The notes: generated from the sequence alone by a model not told the origin. Positions 1 to 9,903 are shown, counted from the stretch's first letter. The stretch: 64,000 nucleotides of DNA from Candidatus Latescibacterota bacterium (GCA_965219455.1 OZ244744.1:2400001-2464000), one strand, 5' to 3'. A program made the numbers and translations.

Positions 1-722
1 CCGGCCGTGGCCGCGATGGCGATGGTTGCCACGATGGATCCCACGTATGACTCGAAGATATCGGCACCCATTCCGGCCACGTCGCCCACGTTGTCGCCCA
101 CGAAATCGGCCAGCGCCGCGGGGTTGCGCGGGTCGTCCTCGGGAATGCCGGCCTCCACCTTGCCGACCAGGTCGGCGCCCACGTCGGCCGTTTTGGTATA
201 GATACCGCCACCCACGCGCGCGAACAGGGCGATTGAACTGGCGCCCATGGCGAAACCGTTGATGATTACCGCCTGGTCCGCGTTGCCGAACAGGAGGAAC
301 AGCACGCCCACCCCCAGCAGGCCCAGGCTGGCCACCGAGAGGCCCATCACCGTTCCGCCGGAGAAAGCCACGCTCAGGGCCGTTGTCTGTCCCTCGCGGT
401 TGGCGGCATACGCGGTGCGCACGTTGGCCTTGGTGGCCGCTTTCATCCCGAAAAAACCGGCGCCTATCGAACAGATTGCGCCGGCCAGAAAGGCGAAGGC
501 CGTGCTGAACGGCCTGATCCCGATCGAAAGCAAGATGAATACCGCCACGATAAAAATCGCCAGAACCACGTATTCGCGTTTCAAAAACGCCATGGCGCCA
601 TCGTGGATGGCGTCCGAAATCTCCTGCATCCGATCCGTACCGGCCGGCTTACGGGTCATCCGGATGTAAACCAACCCGGCGACCAGCAACCCGGCGACCC
701 CAAAAATTGGCGTCCAGAACAT
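1..722 (-). CDS. hppA: Membrane-bound H+/Na+-translocating pyrophosphatase, 5' part (runs off window start)
   Basis: Not in the ORF track; hand translation of the minus strand gives [16 protein letters not shown]...[24 protein letters not shown]...[51 protein letters not shown], the mPPase signature; GGAGGA RBS upstream of the ATG at 722. Confidence 0.93.
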   Translation of the reverse strand, partial: MFWTPIFGVAGLLVAGLVYIRMTRKPAGTDRMQEISDAIHDGAMAFLKREYVVLAIFIVAVFILLSIGIRPFSTAFAFLAGAICSIGAGFFGMKAATKANVRTAYAANREGQTTALSVAFSGGTVMGLSVASLGLLGVGVLFLLFGNADQAVIINGFAMGASSIALFARVGGGIYTKTADVGADLVGKVEAGIPEDDPRNPAALADFVGDNVGDVAGMGADIFESYVGSIVATIAIAATA

Positions 723-835
723 ACAGAGTCCTCCAATAAAAGCAGCAGTCAGCTTGAAGCAAAAGGCGAAAACCAATAACCATAAAGCAGCAAAATCGAC
801 AATCGGCTCACACGAAGGCACAAAGGGAAAAAGCG

Positions 836-920
836 ATCAGCGATCAGCCGTCAGCTTGAAGCAAAAGGCGAAAACAAAATTCAACATCCACTTCTCCCCA
901 TATTCCCTGCCTTCGGCGAG
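836..920 (+). repeat. Composite intergenic repeat: TCAGCNN heptamers + TTGAAGCAAAAGGCGAAAAC + TCCCTGCCTTCGGCG
   Basis: Closely similar blocks at 744-773, 3777-3876 and 9908-10040; partial copy at 35437-35470. Confidence 0.8.
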
Positions 921-1004
921 TCGAGCTCGGCAGGCAGGCACCGTAATCAGAAAAAAACAGCGATAAGCCAGAACCAACGACGTCAATAGCAAATAACCGC
1001 GCCG

Positions 1005-1565
1005 TTACGTGGAATTGTACCTATTCATGGCGGCGTCCATTCCGGATTCCATCCAGCACCTCACGCCGCTGGCCGCCTCGCGAATCGCCGCCTCGACCGT
1101 GTCGCGTTCGTCGGCTTCGAACGGGCTCAACACGTGCGCGATCCGGTCCGTATCCTCCGGCGGCGCCCCAACGCCCAATCTCAGCCTGGGAAACGACGTG
1201 GAGCCGATGCATTCGATTATCGACCCCAACCCGTTGTGCCCACCGTCGCTGCCCCCGCGCCGCAGCCGGATCCGGCCCAGGTCGAGGTGGACGTCGTCCA
1301 CCACTGCCAGGACGTCCTCGACGCCGGCCTCAAATCGATCCAGAATGTCAGCAACTGCAACGCCGCTGCGGTTCATGAAGGTGGTCGGTTTCACCAGCAG
1401 CAGCGCCTCGGAACCCTTCACGATCCGGCAAAAAAAATACCAGGCGCTTTCCGACCAGGTTCCCTTCAGCCTTTCCGCCAGCAGATCCGCCACCCGAAAA
1501 CCCAGGTTGTGGCGAGTATGAGCGTATTCGTTCCCCGGGTTGCCCAGACCCACGACAACTTTCAC
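1005..1565 (-). CDS. pth: Peptidyl-tRNA hydrolase
   Basis: VVGLGNPG..Y..TRHNLGF, KPTTFMNRSG, GGHNGL, RLRLGVG motifs; GTG start at 1565 chosen; next to rplY. Confidence 0.96.
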   Translation of the reverse strand: MKVVVGLGNPGNEYAHTRHNLGFRVADLLAERLKGTWSESAWYFFCRIVKGSEALLLVKPTTFMNRSGVAVADILDRFEAGVEDVLAVVDDVHLDLGRIRLRRGGSDGGHNGLGSIIECIGSTSFPRLRLGVGAPPEDTDRIAHVLSPFEADERDTVEAAIREAASGVRCWMESGMDAAMNRYNST

Positions 1566-1661
1566 GAGGGCCTCCGAAAAGCAGCGATCAGCAGTCATCT
1601 TTCAGCTGAAACCGGTTACCGATATGGCCAAACGATGTCATTTCGCGGATGCCTGGTTTTG

Positions 1662-1689
1662 GTAGGGGCGAACGGCCGGTCGCCCCTAC
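1662..1689. repeat. GTAG-type REP palindrome (GTAGGGGCG..CGCCCCTAC)
   Basis: gtaggggcgaacggccggtcgcccctac; related copies at 4106-4129, 10097-10121, 11893-11920, 35721-35746, 37331-37358, 37553-37579, degenerate at 20996-21020. Confidence 0.8.
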
Positions 1690-1797
1690 GGATACCGTGC
1701 GTCGGTCAGCTGACGTCGACCATCCATATCTGCGGCGCCGCGCGGGAGAAACGCCCGCGCTTCCGGGTGTCGCAAATTGCGACACTTTGGAGCGACG

Positions 1798-2478
1798 TTA
1801 TTCTTCTTCTTCTTCTTCCCGTTTCCCGCGTTCGATCAACTCGGGTTCCTGCATTTCTTCCTCTTCCTCCAGCACCTCTTCCTCTTCCTCTTCGACCTGC
1901 GAGACGGTTGGCGGAACCACCACGAACACGGACCGGTCGCCCTCTGCAACGATGTCCACGTTGGCCATCACGCTCAGATCGGAAACATGCACCGAGTCTC
2001 CGATATCCAGATCCGTAACGTCGAACCCGATGCGTTCCGGAATCTCGGCGGGCAGGCAGGACACCTCCACGTGGTGGAGCAACTGCTCCAGAATACCGCT
2101 CTCCGAGCGGACGCCGGCCGGAATGCCTTCGGGCTCGATGCGCACTTCCACAACGATTTTCTGGGTGAGCGAGATCCGGTAGAAATCCACGTGGAGGAGG
2201 TGGCCGTCGACCGGGTGGTGTTGAAGATCCTTGACAATGGCGGTGTCTTCGGATTTGCCCTCGCCGTTGCACAGAACCAGTGCCAGAAGCGTATTCCGCC
2301 CGTGTTCGTGCAAGACCGTCGATAGCGCCTTCGCTTCGACCGTACAGGCGACGGACGCGCTCCGGTCGCCGTAGACCACCGCAGGAATTCGTCCGGTACG
2401 GCGGATGCGCTTGGCCTCGCCCTTTCCGGTTCCCGTGCGTACTTCGGCCTGCAAACTCACGTCGTTATTGTCAGCCAT
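1798..2478 (-). CDS. rplY: 50S ribosomal protein L25 / general stress protein Ctc
   Basis: C-terminal 226 aa of ORF 1798..3036: GKGEAKRIRRTGRIPAVVYG, LQHHPVDGHLLHVDFYRI, acidic tail ending PELIERGKREEEEEE; ATG 2478 chosen because the upstream extension overlaps the tRNA. Confidence 0.95.
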   Translation of the reverse strand: MADNNDVSLQAEVRTGTGKGEAKRIRRTGRIPAVVYGDRSASVACTVEAKALSTVLHEHGRNTLLALVLCNGEGKSEDTAIVKDLQHHPVDGHLLHVDFYRISLTQKIVVEVRIEPEGIPAGVRSESGILEQLLHHVEVSCLPAEIPERIGFDVTDLDIGDSVHVSDLSVMANVDIVAEGDRSVFVVVPPTVSQVEEEEEEVLEEEEEMQEPELIERGKREEEEEE

Positions 2479-2532
2479 TGACAGATCCTCCATCCTGGTG
2501 TTTTTTCCAGGAAATATGTCACCATTCTTCCG

Positions 2533-2565
2533 CCTGTCTGCGTGCAGGGCTTCCGCACAGGCAGG
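2533..2565. repeat. CCTGTCTGC...CAGGCAGG micro-palindrome (33 bp)
   Basis: cctgtctgcgtgcagggcttccgcacaggcagg; family members at 2735-2754, 6414-6482, 15816-15846, 26997-27029, 29240-29266, 36003-36032. Confidence 0.75.
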
Positions 2566-2640
2566 CCGGTTCATCCCGTCCCGGCGGCCGAATTTCGGCA
2601 ATCTATTTCCGGGACGGAACACCAGCTGTGCGACTTTATA

Positions 2641-2711
2641 CTGCCGGGCAGGGATTCGAACCCCGATAAACGGCTCCAAAGGCCGCTGTCTTGCCTTTAG
2701 ACGACCCGGCA
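2641..2711 (-). tRNA. tRNA-Gln (anticodon TTG), CCA not encoded
   Basis: Minus strand TGCCGGGTCGTCTAAAGGCAAGACAGCGGCCTTTGGAGCCGTTTATCGGGGTTCGAATCCCTGCCCGGCAG: 7-bp acceptor stem, anticodon loop CTTTGGA, GTTCGAATC T-loop; usual position downstream of ispE. Confidence 0.95.
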
Positions 2712-2872
2712 TCGAAAACAGTAACCGGGATACGCCTGTCTGCCAACAGGCAGGCGCTGCGATCGATCGGGCAGCCTCCATTGAGACGGCAATCGACCGG
2801 GATCGTTCGTTATATATAATGTATAGCAACGGCAGACGATCCGGTTCCAACGTGGCAGGACGTTCGGAGCGC

Positions 2873-3745
2873 CTACGGTACGCGCGGCCGGTACCGACAC
2901 AGATAGACCCGACGCCCACGGCCCTGCACAAGGGCAGTTGCGGCCGAAGCTTGCCGGGCCTCACGAAAAACGCCGAAGAGTGTGGATCCGCTGCCAGAAA
3001 GCGAACATGCAACCGCACCCTCGCCAGCCAGCGCATCGAGGATCCGCGCCAGGTCGCCGCCGCCGGCTTCCACGAGAGGCAGAAAGTCGTTTTCCAGGCA
3101 CGCGAACAATCGGCCAGCGCAGATCCGGCCGGATTTTACCGTAAAATCCAGAAATCTACCATACACCGCCGTATCTGTCAAGCCAATTCTCACGTTTCGA
3201 TAGGCCCACGCAGTGGATACGGGAAACCCGGGATACACCAGCACGTACCAGAAATCGCCCTCCCAATCCACGGGCCGGATCCGCTCCCCGCGACCCGTTA
3301 CCACGGCGGTGCCGCCGGTGAGGAAGAACGGAACGTCGGACCCGAGTTCCGCCGCGAGCGCGGCCAATCGCTCCTGACGCAGATCCAATCCCCAGAGCCG
3401 ATCCAGCGCACGCAGGGCCGTGGCCGCGTTGGAACTTCCGCCGCCCAGGCCCGCGCCCGTGGGAATGCGTTTGTTCAGATCCACGCGCACCCCGTGGCCG
3501 GCGCCCGTTGCGCGGCGCAGAATCTCAACGGCGCGATAGACGAGATTTTCCGGCCCGTCGGGCACGTCCGGATTGTCGCAAAAAACCAGGGTTTCCCCGG
3601 GCGGCGCGGGCGTAAACACCATCCGGTCGCACAGATCCACCGTCTGAAGCACGGAAACGATATCGTGATAGCCATCCGGTCGGCGACCCTGGATTCTGAG
3701 ACCCAGGTTGAGCTTGGCCGGCGCGACTTCAACCACGTGATCCAT
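2873..3745 (-). CDS. ispE: 4-(cytidine 5'-diphospho)-2-C-methyl-D-erythritol kinase
   Basis: APAKLNLGL, RPDGYHDI, KRIPTGAGLGGGSSNAA, LGSDVPFF, LSGSGST motifs. Confidence 0.96.
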   Translation of the reverse strand: MDHVVEVAPAKLNLGLRIQGRRPDGYHDIVSVLQTVDLCDRMVFTPAPPGETLVFCDNPDVPDGPENLVYRAVEILRRATGAGHGVRVDLNKRIPTGAGLGGGSSNAATALRALDRLWGLDLRQERLAALAAELGSDVPFFLTGGTAVVTGRGERIRPVDWEGDFWYVLVYPGFPVSTAWAYRNVRIGLTDTAVYGRFLDFTVKSGRICAGRLFACLENDFLPLVEAGGGDLARILDALAGEGAVACSLSGSGSTLFGVFREARQASAATALVQGRGRRVYLCRYRPRVP

Positions 3746-4150
3746 TGGAGAAACTCCAAAGGCGGTGAGAAAACACAGCTATTAGCTGTCAGCGGTCAGC
3801 AGTCAGCAGTCAGCCAAAAACGAAAATCCAAGATCAAAAAAAACCACTTCTCCCCAATTTCCCTGCCTTCGGCGAGTTCCTTTTGACGCGACCAAAAGGA
3901 ACCAAAAGTCGCCGCTAGGCGCGGGGCCGTTCATATGCATAGCGCGAATCTCGACGGCGGACGCAACAAAGCCGGTGCCCTGCCAACCACGGAAGAAATT
4001 GGGTACTCCGTGCGAGACGGAACCGCGCGCTCTGCTCTGGTTATCCTCTCGAAAGGCATCCGGAGCGTATCTGCATTGGTTTTTCGTTAGCAAAAATCAC
4101 CAACCGGGCGACCCATGGGTCGCCCCTACAAATACGAGGTTGGCGTGTCC

Positions 4151-4232
4151 GGTGGCGGAGGAGGGGGGTTTTTCCGCGCTGATCCGTCCAGCACCGTTGT
4201 ATTGGTAAATCTGGGAGGCTCGCAGGGCGCCC
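4151..4232 (+). repeat. ~80-bp dispersed intergenic module
   Basis: ggtggcggaggagggggtttttccgcg..tccgtccagcaccg..gtattggtaaatctg..gcagggcgccc aligns with 35875-35955. Confidence 0.65.
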
Positions 4233-4473
4233 ATGATAACCCCCGGCGCGGTTCTGTCAAGCGCCAATCGGCGAAGCCCACGCGGCCGGGGTCCCGTCGC
4301 TCGCGGGCCCCGTGGACGTCCACGCCCGCCGATTTTCCACGGCGACGATCCGCCAGGGCGCGGTACCGTCTGCCAAACTTGCAGTCCGCACGGACGCCGG
4401 ACAGACCCCCGAGATACCCGATCGAAGACACCATTGGAAGGCGTGCGCGCACCCACGAAACCGAAGTTTGGGA

Positions 4474-4502
4474 TTGACGCCCCCGCGCAAATGTGATAAA
4501 TT
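4474..4502 (+). promoter_or_regulatory. Putative sigma-70 promoter for the TPR gene
   Basis: TTGACG-N17-TAAATT with extended TGn, 50 bp upstream of the ATG at 4552. Confidence 0.5.
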
Positions 4503-4551
4503 GAAATACCTCGTACGGATGCATCGTAAACATCCATAACCTCTATAAATT

Positions 4552-7500
4552 ATGGCTATTTTATCCATTTTTCGCAAGCCGGTTGCATGGCCGCGTTTCC
4601 TTGCGTGCGCGGCCCTCGGTCTTTGTCTACTGCTGGCCGCCTCCACGCCCGTTCCGGGCCAGGAAGTCGAGGAGGAACGCGAAAGCTTCGAACTCGCGCA
4701 ACGCCTTTTCGATAACCGGGATTATGCCAATGCGGCGCAGGAGTTCCGACGCTTCAGCGCCACGTATCCCACAAGCGCGCGGCTTCCCTCGGCGCTCTAC
4801 CAACTGGGAGAAGCGCATTTCCTGGGCGAACATTACAAAAAAGCGGTCGACGCGTACGAGGACTTTCTCGTGCGCTATTCCGGACGCCTCGAAGCGGCGC
4901 CGGCCATGCGGCGCAAGGCCGAAGCCCTCGAGCGCCTCTCCGAGTATGCAAAGGCCGGAGCGGCCTTCCGGGAAGCACACGACCGGTTCGCAGGGGGGAA
5001 ACACGCCGCCCGGAACCTCCTCGCGGCGGGAATCAACTTTCACAAAGGAAGGGACCTGGACGCCGCCGGGAAGGCGTTCGGCGCGCTCGTGGCGAAATAC
5101 CCGCAATCCGACCTCGCTACCGAAGCCAACTACAAATGGGGGCTCGTACTGCTCGACGCCGGACGCGCCGAAGAGGCACTGGACCGGTTCAAATCGATAT
5201 CCGAACCCGGGGGAGATTCCAAGCGGACGCCGGACGCCCTGCTCGAGATCGGCAAGATCGCCCTTGGCATGATAAACGTGAAGGAAGCGGAAGCAGTCTT
5301 CGGCAGGCTGCGCAGGGCCTATCCGCGCAGTTCCGCGGCCGGCGACTCGTACCTGGAACAGGCCGCCTGGTTCGAAGGCAGGGGGAACCGGGCCAGGGCG
5401 GCCGAAGTCTACGGACTCGCCCGGGGAAGCCTTCCGAAAGGCGAGGATCGCCAGAGGGCGGTTCTGGGCCTGGGCAATGCCTATCTCGAACTCGGACGCG
5501 AACAGGAGGCGCTCGCGCTTTTCACCGAATTCATCAACGTAGTTGCCTCCAGCCCCTACCTGGATCGCGCATGGCTGGGCCTGGGGCGCGCCCACGCCGG
5601 GCTGAAACATTACCGCGAAGCCCAGAACGCGTTCCGCCGACTCCGGGAACTCTACCCCGAAACGGAGGCCGGCATTCAGGCGCACGCGGAGATGGGCGAC
5701 GCCTGGCGGGCCGCCGGCGCCCCGCGCCGGGCGCTGAGGGCCTACCGGTCCTATATCGAACGGACAGAGACGCCCGGGGCCGTGGCGGCGCAGTTGCGCA
5801 TCGCGCGCACGTACGAACAGGATCTGGGCTGGCACGACCTTGCCCTGCAGGTCTACCGGAGTCTGGTCGATACGGCCCCGGCCGCCGTTGCCGGCGAAGC
5901 GCAGTTCGGAATCGCCCGTGTTATGGATCAAACCGGGCGGCCGGACCTGGCCATCCGCGAATACCGTTCCTACCTGCAGAGATTCCATAAACGCGCAGTC
6001 GAGGCCGAAAACCGGATCCGGTACCTGCGGGAGTTCGGACCCGAAACTCCCGGGGTCCCGCCGGCCGAGCTGGCCGCGCTGCTTTCGAGTTTCCCGGCAA
6101 TCGCCGCCGATCCGCAGGCCCAGTTCGTACTCGGAAAGTTCCTCCACGGCCGCCGGTACTACGAAGAGGCCACCGAGAAACTGACGTTGGCGCTGTCCGT
6201 GGATCCGCTGCCGCCGTTCGCGCCCGAGGCCGCCTATCTTCTGGGCGAGAGCGCCCTGAAAATGGCGCGGAAAGCGGAACTGGAAGGCCGGCCGGAAAAG
6301 GCATCCTCCTGGCGGCAGAAAGGCCAGGCGGCGCTTCGGGACGTTGAAACCGGGCATCCCGAAAGCGGTTTCCGGGACGACGCCGCCCTTTTGCGGATCG
6401 AAACGGAAACCCGCCTGCCTGCCGCGCCGGACACCTGTCTGCGTGCGGGCGACAGCACGCACAGGCAGGCGGCGCAGGCAGCCGAGGCGGCCACCGATAG
6501 CGCGCTCGCGCGGATGCGGCTCGCGGCATACGAAGAATTCAAAGAGACCTACCCCAACTCCAACCGGCTGGACCACGCACTTCTGGGCATGGCCGACGCG
6601 ATGTACACGCTAAGCCGGTTTGAACCCGCGCGGATCGACACCGCCGTGGCGACCTACCGCGGCATCCGGAAAGCGTATCCGCAAAGCCCGGCCGCGGAAC
6701 GGGCAACCTACGGCATCGGGTTGTGCCAGGCCATGAAGAAAGACTACGTTGCGGCCGAGGAAACGCTGCGCGATTTCCTCTTCGAATTTCCACGGAGCGA
6801 CCTGGAGAGCCACGCCAGGTACCAACTCGGCCGCATCCTCCTGGAGCGCGGGTTCGCGCGGAGCGCGGCGGACGACCTGGCCGAGCTTCTCGCGGGGCCC
6901 GCGTCGCCCGAACTGGCGCGCGCCGCGCGCGCGCTGCTGGCCGAAAGCTCCTTCCGTGCAGGGGACTACCGTCGCGCCATCGATATTGACACCGGACTGC
7001 TGTCCCTCGGGCCAGACGGCTCCGTTCTACGCCGTCTGGCGCGGTCCTACCAGGCAAACGGGCAGGCAGTGGAAGCCATCGAGACCTGCGAGACCCTGCT
7101 GAGCGCTTTTCCCAACGCCGCGAATGCCGATAGCTTCGCATACGACAGGGCGCGGCTCCTGGCGGACCTCGATCGGCAGTCCGAAGCCGTCGCGGCCTTC
7201 AAGGCGTTCCCCAAACAGTATCCCGAAAGCCCGCTCAATGCGGATGCGGGCAAGACCCTCGCCGCCCTCCTGTTTGAAGCCGAGGACTACCAGAACGCGC
7301 TCGCCGCTCTTGTAAGTATCCCGGCGGACGCGAGGGACGCGTCGGTTGCCGGGCGCGAAGTCCTCAGCCTGTTCCGTCTCAAACGCATAAAGGAGGCGAA
7401 AAAAGCCGCGGGCCGATTCAAGAAAACCTTTCCGAACCGCCGTGACTGGCTGGCCCGGTTCAAGAACGAGGAGGGAAGGTATTTTCTTACCGCCGGCAAT

Positions 7501-8310
7501 TTCAAAAAAGCCCGTCAGGTTTTCGAGGGCGTCATCAGAAATCATCCCGGCGGCGAAGCCGCGGCTGAAGCCGCCTACTATCGCGCCCGGACCCTGAAAA
7601 GAGAAGGTGAGAAGGAAGCGTACCGGGAAGCCCTCGCCGGCTTGGTGAAAACCCGTTCAGGCAGTCGCCACTGGTCAGCAGCAGCCCTCGAATTGGCCGA
7701 TATACTTTACGACGACGGGGACTTTGAGAGGGCGTCCAGAGCCTATCGGAACGTGCTTGAAGCCGGCCCGTCGCCCGATGAAACGCCGAAGGTTCTGTCC
7801 AGGCTGATGAAGGTTCACAGACGCCTGAAGCTGTTCGATACGGCGATCGCCTATGCCAACCGGCTCATCCGCGAGTTTCCCCGGCACCGCCTCGCGGCGG
7901 ACGTCCCCATCGACATTGGAACGATGCTTCACGACAACAAGAATTACCGGGCCGCGATCGCACACCTGACGCCCCTGCTGAAAACGGCCGAGGAAAACGA
8001 TTGGTCAGGCATCCAGCACACGATTGCGGAGAGCCACTTCAAACTCGGAGACTTCGAAAGCGCGATCCGGGAATATCTGAAACTCCAGTACCAATTTCAA
8101 GGCAACCCGCGTTGGCGGGCCAACGCGCACTACGGTCTCGCCAACTGCTACGAAGCCCAGGGGAACTTTCAGGAGGCGATCCGGGAACTCGAGGCCATCC
8201 AGCGCCGGGAAGGGGCCGCCAGCGACCTGGGCCTCCAGGCCGGAAAACGCATCGAGATGCTGCAGGCCCTGATGCAACGCAGCCGGGAACCCGCGCCACC
8301 CGCGCAATAA
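4552..8310 (+). CDS. Large secreted tetratricopeptide-repeat protein (BamD/YbgF-like repeats)
   Basis: 1252 aa; N-terminal signal peptide; many TPR units ending YP.S/FP.S followed by A.Y.LG. Confidence 0.85.
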   Translation: MAILSIFRKPVAWPRFLACAALGLCLLLAASTPVPGQEVEEERESFELAQRLFDNRDYANAAQEFRRFSATYPTSARLPSALYQLGEAHFLGEHYKKAVDAYEDFLVRYSGRLEAAPAMRRKAEALERLSEYAKAGAAFREAHDRFAGGKHAARNLLAAGINFHKGRDLDAAGKAFGALVAKYPQSDLATEANYKWGLVLLDAGRAEEALDRFKSISEPGGDSKRTPDALLEIGKIALGMINVKEAEAVFGRLRRAYPRSSAAGDSYLEQAAWFEGRGNRARAAEVYGLARGSLPKGEDRQRAVLGLGNAYLELGREQEALALFTEFINVVASSPYLDRAWLGLGRAHAGLKHYREAQNAFRRLRELYPETEAGIQAHAEMGDAWRAAGAPRRALRAYRSYIERTETPGAVAAQLRIARTYEQDLGWHDLALQVYRSLVDTAPAAVAGEAQFGIARVMDQTGRPDLAIREYRSYLQRFHKRAVEAENRIRYLREFGPETPGVPPAELAALLSSFPAIAADPQAQFVLGKFLHGRRYYEEATEKLTLALSVDPLPPFAPEAAYLLGESALKMARKAELEGRPEKASSWRQKGQAALRDVETGHPESGFRDDAALLRIETETRLPAAPDTCLRAGDSTHRQAAQAAEAATDSALARMRLAAYEEFKETYPNSNRLDHALLGMADAMYTLSRFEPARIDTAVATYRGIRKAYPQSPAAERATYGIGLCQAMKKDYVAAEETLRDFLFEFPRSDLESHARYQLGRILLERGFARSAADDLAELLAGPASPELARAARALLAESSFRAGDYRRAIDIDTGLLSLGPDGSVLRRLARSYQANGQAVEAIETCETLLSAFPNAANADSFAYDRARLLADLDRQSEAVAAFKAFPKQYPESPLNADAGKTLAALLFEAEDYQNALAALVSIPADARDASVAGREVLSLFRLKRIKEAKKAAGRFKKTFPNRRDWLARFKNEEGRYFLTAGNFKKARQVFEGVIRNHPGGEAAAEAAYYRARTLKREGEKEAYREALAGLVKTRSGSRHWSAAALELADILYDDGDFERASRAYRNVLEAGPSPDETPKVLSRLMKVHRRLKLFDTAIAYANRLIREFPRHRLAADVPIDIGTMLHDNKNYRAAIAHLTPLLKTAEENDWSGIQHTIAESHFKLGDFESAIREYLKLQYQFQGNPRWRANAHYGLANCYEAQGNFQEAIRELEAIQRREGAASDLGLQAGKRIEMLQALMQRSREPAPPAQ

Positions 8311-8355
8311 CAGTCCGTTTTCAGAAATCGAATCCGAATTACCCGATCATTCGCT

Positions 8356-9903
8356 ATGGCCGCACCATCTAAAAAAGACGCGCTGATTGTGTCCGCCGAT
8401 CCGGATATGGGCCAGGCCCTGCGCTCGGAACTGGAGGCGCAGGGATGGAAGACCATTCTGACCAATAGCGTGGGACCCGTGCCGAAGCTGCTCAGGCGGG
8501 GAGCCGTCGACCTGCTCCTCGTGGACGAGGCAAACCTGTCGCGCGCGGTCTCGGACCCGGACCGCACCCTGCTGGCGGGCGCCGGCGGCGTTTCCCTCCT
8601 GGTCTTCCTGACGCCGGAGCGACGCCAGGACCGCACGCTGCTCCAGGGGCTGGAGCCCCGGGCCATCCTGGACCTGCCGATGGACGCCGAGCAGGTCAGG
8701 CAGGCGCTGCAACTGGTCAGCGAACAATCTCTGTCGACCATCGGCACGGATCTGCTGGGCAATTCCACAGCCATCAACCGGATCCGCGAAACCATCCGCC
8801 AGGTGGGTCCGGTTCCCGTCAGCGTGCTCGTCACCGGCGAAAGCGGTTCGGGAAAAAACATGGTGATCCAGGCGTTGCACCGGCACAGCGCCCGGGCGAA
8901 CGCGCGGCTCATCACCGTAAACTGCGGGGCCATTCCCGAGACCCTGCTGGAGAGCGAACTCTTCGGCCACGAGAAGGGTGCGTTCACAGATGCGCGAACC
9001 CGGCGACAGGGCATCTTCGAGGCCGCGGACGGCGGTACCGTCTTGCTGGATGAAATTGGTGAAATGACCCTCACCGCCCAGGTCCGCCTGCTACGGGTAC
9101 TCGATACCCGGGAGATCACGCGCCTGGGCAGCACGCAGCCCATCAAAGTGGACGTGCGGGTGCTCGCCGCAACCAACCAGGACCTCTATCAGGCCGTTGA
9201 CCAGGGTCGCTTCAGGAGCGACCTCTATCACCGCCTCAGGGTGGTTGAACTCCGGGTGCCGCCCCTTCGGAGCCATCCGGAGGACATACCGATGCTGGTG
9301 GACCACTTCATCCAGCTGTACCGGAAGGAACATGGCGTGCCGCCCGTCGAACTGGACGCCGGGGCGATGGATATCCTTTTCAACTACCGCTGGCCCGGCA
9401 ATATCCGCGAACTCCGGAATCTGATCGAGCGTCTGATGGTCCTTTCCGTCAACCGCAGGATCGGGTCGGCCGATATCACCCAACACCTTGAAGGCATGGA
9501 CCCTTCGCAGGTTGCAAAACGCGCAACTTCCAACCTGCCGGTCCACGTGGGCAGAACCCCCGAAGAATCCCAGCGGGACCTGCTGTACTGGGCGGTTCTC
9601 GAAGTTGCAAGAGACATCAAGGAACTCAAAGCCTACCTGATGGAGAACACCGCCAACATGCCCTCCCTGCCCGCCTATACTCAGGGCGCCTCTCCGGTTG
9701 CCGACCGCGTCGAGGAAGTCGAATACACGGAAGCCGACGCCGGGCCGCCGCCAGGCGACGAGATCAAGTCCCTCCGCGAAGTGGAGCGCGAAACCATCGC
9801 CCGGGCGCTCCGGGCCACCGGCGGCCACCGCAAACGCGCGGCCGTGCTGTTGGACATGCCCGAGCGCACGCTCTACCGGAAAATTCAGCAATACAAGCTG
9901 TAG
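8356..9903 (+). CDS. Sigma-54-dependent transcriptional activator (receiver-like + AAA+ + Fis-type HTH)
   Basis: GESGSGK Walker A, ESELFGHEKGAFTDA, LLDEIGEM, WPGNIREL, ERTLYRKI. Confidence 0.93.
   Translation: MAAPSKKDALIVSADPDMGQALRSELEAQGWKTILTNSVGPVPKLLRRGAVDLLLVDEANLSRAVSDPDRTLLAGAGGVSLLVFLTPERRQDRTLLQGLEPRAILDLPMDAEQVRQALQLVSEQSLSTIGTDLLGNSTAINRIRETIRQVGPVPVSVLVTGESGSGKNMVIQALHRHSARANARLITVNCGAIPETLLESELFGHEKGAFTDARTRRQGIFEAADGGTVLLDEIGEMTLTAQVRLLRVLDTREITRLGSTQPIKVDVRVLAATNQDLYQAVDQGRFRSDLYHRLRVVELRVPPLRSHPEDIPMLVDHFIQLYRKEHGVPPVELDAGAMDILFNYRWPGNIRELRNLIERLMVLSVNRRIGSADITQHLEGMDPSQVAKRATSNLPVHVGRTPEESQRDLLYWAVLEVARDIKELKAYLMENTANMPSLPAYTQGASPVADRVEEVEYTEADAGPPPGDEIKSLREVERETIARALRATGGHRKRAAVLLDMPERTLYRKIQQYKL

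Noticed and set aside
1798-1895. (TTC/CTC)n low-complexity tract as a mobile or contingency repeat
   Set aside because: It encodes the ordinary poly-Glu tail of L25/Ctc.
2641-2711. tRNA-Gln as an island integration site
   Set aside because: No duplicated tRNA 3' end was seen elsewhere in the window, and the flanking genes are core.
2479-3036. 412-aa version of RplY
   Set aside because: The N-terminal extension runs through tRNA-Gln, repeats and the end of ispE; chance open frame.
4627-6576. Long antisense/overlapping ORFs (also 2405..3886, 19057..20208, 23462..24523, 25760..27082)
   Set aside because: Shadow frames of well-supported genes in high-GC DNA, with no recognisable motifs.
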